A stretch of 63,694 nucleotides of DNA, the filler included. It is 3 parts of 3 records of this genome, joined end to end, with 100 filler letters (N's around TTAATTAATTAA, not from the genome) between each part and the next. Parts side by side here need not be neighbours in the genome. Positions count along the whole stretch, not along the records: positions 34,449 to 63,694 come from DRR378314_103; 2 more parts are not named here. One strand, 5' to 3'. A model generated the notes under the pieces. It was given only the letters and a program-made list of their open reading frames with translations. It was not told the DNA's origin and did not search any database. Of the stretch, positions 59,870 to 63,694 are shown piece after piece; position 1 is the stretch's first letter; every line of letters begins with the position of its first letter. Position numbers and translations under genes: made by a program.

Positions 59870-60693
59870 GTGGCGTCCAGTATTTTGCGGATCAGGTCTA
59901 GTGATTGCGGCTCATTCAGGAAAGGAACGTGGCCTCGGTCCGGCACTTCGCAGGAAATCAGCCCGGGGCGGCGTGCGTGCATGTCTTGCAGAGTGGTCGC
60001 GCTGAGCAGATCAGAATTTGCACCCCGGATAACACCGGTCGGGATGTCGCGCAGCGCGTCGAACAGTGGCCACAGGTCGGGTGCCGGGGTGACGGCAGCC
60101 TGCTCGATCAGTGCCTGACGAAGGGCGGGATCGTAGCGCAGTTCTAGTCCTGTATCGGTCTGAATGTACTGATGCTCAACCTGCTGCCTCCAGATGTTCA
60201 GGGGGACGTCTGGGAATTGTGGTTCCAACATCGCGTGCAAGGCGCGCGCCGCCTCGTCGTAGGTTTGCGAGGTCGGCCGATTGCCAACATAACCCATGAT
60301 CTTGGCAATACCGCCGGGTTCGATCACCGGTCCAACGTCATTCAGGATGACCCTGGACAGTCGGTCAGGATGGCTCATGGCCAGCGCCATCGCAATCAGA
60401 CCCCCGCGCGACGTGCCCAACAGGGTTACTTGGTCCAAACCCAAGTGTTCCAGCAGCTCGATCGCATCCTGCCCTTCGCGCAGAATGTTGTAATTCAAAT
60501 ACTCCGCATCGAAATCGGATTTCCCGCGCCCGCGATAGTCCATCGCGATCATGCGAAGGTCTGCCATATGGGGTGCAAGGAAGGAAAAATCGCAACTATT
60601 GCGGGTCAGACCCGCCAAGCAAAGCAACGGCTGGCCTGTGCCTGTATCTTCGTAATAAAGGCGCTTGCCATCCGAGGTGGTGAAGAACGCCAT
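59866..60693 (-). CDS. Alpha/beta hydrolase
   Basis: Start MAFFTT; GLTRN, DYRGRG, GTSRGG, RGHVP. Confidence 0.9.
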   Translation of the reverse strand: MAFFTTSDGKRLYYEDTGTGQPLLCLAGLTRNSCDFSFLAPHMADLRMIAMDYRGRGKSDFDAEYLNYNILREGQDAIELLEHLGLDQVTLLGTSRGGLIAMALAMSHPDRLSRVILNDVGPVIEPGGIAKIMGYVGNRPTSQTYDEAARALHAMLEPQFPDVPLNIWRQQVEHQYIQTDTGLELRYDPALRQALIEQAAVTPAPDLWPLFDALRDIPTGVIRGANSDLLSATTLQDMHARRPGLISCEVPDRGHVPFLNEPQSLDLIRKILDAT

Positions 60694-61379
60694 TAAAGCC
60701 CTGCCAGTTTGGGGATCGTGGTCAGGTCCGACAGGACATGCGCTGGTTTCCAAGGCAAGCGATCCATAGGTTCGCCTGCGCGGTTCACCCAGGCGGTGAC
60801 AAACCCATAGCCGCTTGCCCCGGCTGCATCCCAACCATTTGAGCTGACAAACAGAACTTCATCCCGTGCGCAGCCGAACCGGTTCTGTACCAGATCATAA
60901 ACGCTGGAGTGAGGTTTGAAGACGCCGACGCTTTCGACAGACAATACATCATCAAGCGCGTCTCCGATTCCGGCCGATTGTACCGCCCCGTCCAGCATCG
61001 GAGGCGAGCCGTTGGACAAGATGGCGGTCTGCATCCCGCCAGATTTCAGTGCCTTCAGCATCTGGGGAACTTCGGGGTAGGCCTGCAGTTCCCAATAAAG
61101 GTCCAGCAGGCGTTGCCGCAGGGTGGCATCCCCTTGCAGCCCAACCGCTTCCAGAGCCCAATCCAACCCGTCCTGCGTCACATCCCAAAAGTCGCAATGC
61201 GCATCAGCAACCGCCCGCAGCCAAGTATATTGCAGCTGCTTCAGACGCCAGTGACTGGCCAATTCCGGCCATTTGCCCGCCAACGCTTCGAACTCCGGCT
61301 CTGCTGCGGCCTGCCGCGCAGCAGCGGCCACGTCAAAGAGCGTGCCGTAAGCGTCGAATACACAAGTGGTGATTGCCAT
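60693..61379 (-). CDS. Haloacid dehalogenase type II
   Basis: FDAYGTLFDV, LSNG, FKP, FVSSNGWD. Confidence 0.92.
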   Translation of the reverse strand: MAITTCVFDAYGTLFDVAAAARQAAAEPEFEALAGKWPELASHWRLKQLQYTWLRAVADAHCDFWDVTQDGLDWALEAVGLQGDATLRQRLLDLYWELQAYPEVPQMLKALKSGGMQTAILSNGSPPMLDGAVQSAGIGDALDDVLSVESVGVFKPHSSVYDLVQNRFGCARDEVLFVSSNGWDAAGASGYGFVTAWVNRAGEPMDRLPWKPAHVLSDLTTIPKLAGL

Positions 61380-61503
61380 TTGATCCTCCCATGATCGCGC
61401 GCAGGTAAGCACAACGATCCCGGGGGTTAAAGAGGGCAGGGTTTACAATGCCGTGTCAGCCTCTAGTCTGCGCCGTTTATTTCTTTTCAGGCCGGAGGCC
61501 ACA

Positions 61504-61932
61504 ATGACCGCGATCAAACAAGGCGACACCGTTCGCATCCACTACACTGGAACCCTGCTGGACGGCAAAGTCTTTGACAGTTCTGAGGGGCGCGATCCAC
61601 TTGAGTTTGCGGTTGGCTCAGGTCAGATCATTGCCGGATTGGATGCAGCAATGCCAGGAATGGAGACCGGAGAGAAAAAGCGCGTCGAGATTGCTTGTGT
61701 CGACGCCTATGGGCCGATCAACCCCGGGATGCGGCAGCAAATCCCGCGTGAAGGCATCCCGGATGATATCCCACTAGAGCCGGGTACGCAGTTGCAGATG
61801 CAAACTCCTGACGGCCAGACAATACCAGTGACGGTGGTTGAGGTCGATGAGGCGACGGTGACGATGGACGCAAATCATCCGCTGGCGGGACAGGATCTGA
61901 TTTTCGATATCGAGATCGTTTCGATCAACTGA
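61504..61932 (+). CDS. FKBP-type peptidyl-prolyl isomerase (SlyD/SlpA-like)
   Basis: IHYTGTLLDG.VFDSS, DANHPLAG. Confidence 0.92.
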   Translation: MTAIKQGDTVRIHYTGTLLDGKVFDSSEGRDPLEFAVGSGQIIAGLDAAMPGMETGEKKRVEIACVDAYGPINPGMRQQIPREGIPDDIPLEPGTQLQMQTPDGQTIPVTVVEVDEATVTMDANHPLAGQDLIFDIEIVSIN

Positions 61933-61943
61933 CCCCGTTTGAA

Positions 61944-62132
61944 TCACTGGCCCGATAGCTGCGTTAATAACGGCTCAACTGCGTTTCGCACAGGTGGTTG
62001 AGTCTGAAACACAAAGGCAATCAGCAACAATGTGAGGACCAGCAACAATAGAGTTGCGCGCCTGCTTCCTGACTTGCGTTTGAAAGCTGGTGAGCGTGTG
62101 TTGCTCGCGAGGATCTGTTCAAGCTTACTCAT
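61944..62132 (-). CDS. Small single-TM hypothetical protein
   Basis: Basic N-terminus plus a hydrophobic helix. Confidence 0.4.
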   Translation of the reverse strand: MSKLEQILASNTRSPAFKRKSGSRRATLLLLVLTLLLIAFVFQTQPPVRNAVEPLLTQLSGQ

Positions 62133-62191
62133 ATCGCAATCCCTGCAGGGCAAAGATGGTCAAATCTTGGCGTCCGCAGGGAAAGATATGG

Positions 62192-62983
62192 TCACATCGC
62201 CTCGGGTTGGGGCATGCCCAGAATATGATATCCGCCATCGACGCGGATGATCTCGCCCGAGGTGTAGCTGCCAGCGTCGGACGCCAGATAAACAGCCGTG
62301 CCGCCAACGGCCTCCAGAGTAGCATTCGAACGCATGGGCGCGTTCTGGTCGCAGAACTTGTAAGTCTTGCGCGCGCCGCCGATTGCGGCTCCGGCCAGTG
62401 TTTTCATTGGGCCGGGCGAGATGGCGTTGACGCGAATGCCTTCCGGGCCCAGATCATTGGCCAGATAGCGTGTCGCAGATTCCAGCGCTGCCTTGGCAAC
62501 ACCCATGACATTGTAGTTGGGCACAACCTTGTTCGAGCCCTGATAGGTCAGCGTCAACAGCGTTCCGCCATTGTCTTTCATCATCGGATAGGCGCGCCGC
62601 GCAACCTCGATGAACGAATAGGCCGACACGTCTAGTGAATGCTTGAAGTTCGCCCGTGTGGTGTTCAGGAACCGGCCTGTCAGTTCGGACTTGTCCGAAT
62701 AGGCGATGGCATGAACGACAAAATCAATCGTCGGCCAGCGCGCCGCCAGTTCGTCAAAAGCACGATCCAGCGATGCGTCGTCGGTGACGTCTGCATCGAC
62801 CATGAAATCGCTGCCCAGGCTTTGCGCCAGTGGTTCAAGCCGTTTGCCAAATGCCTCGCCCTGATAGGTGAATGCCAGTTCCGCGCCCGCCTCGTGCATG
62901 GCCTTGGCGATGCCCCATGCGATCGAACGGTCATTTGCCACGCCCATGATCAGGCCGCGTTTACCCTTGAGATTATCCGACAT
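62192..62983 (-). CDS. fabI: Enoyl-ACP reductase
   Basis: GVANDRSIAWGIA, YNVMGVAKAALE, NAISPGP. Confidence 0.95.
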   Translation of the reverse strand: MSDNLKGKRGLIMGVANDRSIAWGIAKAMHEAGAELAFTYQGEAFGKRLEPLAQSLGSDFMVDADVTDDASLDRAFDELAARWPTIDFVVHAIAYSDKSELTGRFLNTTRANFKHSLDVSAYSFIEVARRAYPMMKDNGGTLLTLTYQGSNKVVPNYNVMGVAKAALESATRYLANDLGPEGIRVNAISPGPMKTLAGAAIGGARKTYKFCDQNAPMRSNATLEAVGGTAVYLASDAGSYTSGEIIRVDGGYHILGMPQPEAM

Positions 62984-62988
62984 CTTAT

Positions 62989-63694
62989 TCACCCGTTATA
63001 CTTCGACAGAATCATGGACCCATTCGTGCCGCCAAAGCCGAAGCTATTGGTCATCACGCTGTCCAAGCCTGCGTTTTCAACTACTTGAGTTGCAATTTCA
63101 CCGGGCAGGATGCCTTCGGCAAGTGTGTCGACATTGATCGACGGAGTAATGAAATCATGTTCCAGCATCAGCAGGCAGAAGATCGCCTCGAGCGCGCCTG
63201 CCGCACCTTGTGCATGGCCGGTCATCGACTTGGTCGATGAAATCGGTGGGACCTGACCTTCACCGAAGATACGGCGCACTGCTTCGACTTCACCGACGTC
63301 GCCAACCGGGGTCGAGGTGCCATGGGCGTTGATATAGCCGACGTTGCGATCTTTGGGCAGGGTGGACAGCGCCAGACGCATCGCGCGTTCGCCACCTTCG
63401 CCTGACGGCGCCACCATGTCATGCCCGTCCGAAGTCGCGGCATATCCAGTGACTTCGGCATAGATCTTGGCACCACGGGCCAATGCATGTTCGAGGTCTT
63501 CCAAAACCACGATGCCACCGCCGCCAGAAATCACGAACCCGTCGCGGTTCTGGTCGAACGCGCGTGAGGCTTTGTCGGGTGTATCGTTGAACTTGGACGA
63601 CATCGCGCCCATTGCGTCAAACAGGCACGAGAGCGTCCAGTCCAGCTCTTCTCCGCCGCCCGCGAACATCACGTCCTGTTTGCCCAGCATGATC
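62989..63694 (-). CDS. fabB: Beta-ketoacyl-ACP synthase I, 5'-truncated
   Basis: [24 protein letters not shown]. Confidence 0.92.
   Translation of the reverse strand, partial: IMLGKQDVMFAGGGEELDWTLSCLFDAMGAMSSKFNDTPDKASRAFDQNRDGFVISGGGGIVVLEDLEHALARGAKIYAEVTGYAATSDGHDMVAPSGEGGERAMRLALSTLPKDRNVGYINAHGTSTPVGDVGEVEAVRRIFGEGQVPPISSTKSMTGHAQGAAGALEAIFCLLMLEHDFITPSINVDTLAEGILPGEIATQVVENAGLDSVMTNSFGFGGTNGSMILSKYNG

Noticed and set aside
34449-63694. Numerous 60-230 aa overlapping or antisense ORFs in the ORF track
   Set aside because: Shadow ORFs of well-supported genes in GC-rich DNA with no recognisable motifs

Overview
The window is not one locus. It is three unrelated contigs joined by artificial 100-nt spacers (44 N + TTAATTAATTAA + 44 N) at 23212-23311 and 34349-34448. 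Contig 1 (1-23211, AT-rich, Flavobacteriaceae-like) starts at the 3' end of a tRNA gene, followed by the excisionase/replication backbone of a decayed integrative element with no integrase in view. Its cargo is a compact ~10 kb, 12-gene phospho-signalling and proteolysis locus: PP2C phosphatase, REC-less LytTR protein, two FHA/zinc-ribbon proteins, two acidic proteins, a chagasin-like lipoprotein, a papain-like C1A protease, a membrane Ser/Thr kinase with WG repeats, and three secreted envelope proteins. Next come a CCA-adding/HD enzyme close to a cyclic-phosphate-processing receiver-like protein (candidate tRNA-repair module) and several secreted or lipoprotein genes. Contig 2 (23312-34348, Halomonas-like) is an internal fragment of a probable siderophore NRPS: ...A-T | C-A(Asp)-T-E-C-A(Dab)-T-dual E/C-A.... 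Contig 3 (34449-63694, Roseobacter/Ruegeria-like) is mostly core-genome metabolism: glycosyltransferase, MscS, peptide ABC transporter, indolepyruvate oxidoreductase with an Lrp regulator, a degenerate ABC-cNMP fusion, hydrolases, fabI and fabB. The best candidates for an undescribed system are the kinase/FHA/PP2C plus protease/inhibitor plus CsgG-like locus and the CCA-HD/cREC pair. All family and taxon calls come from motif recognition by eye, not database searches.
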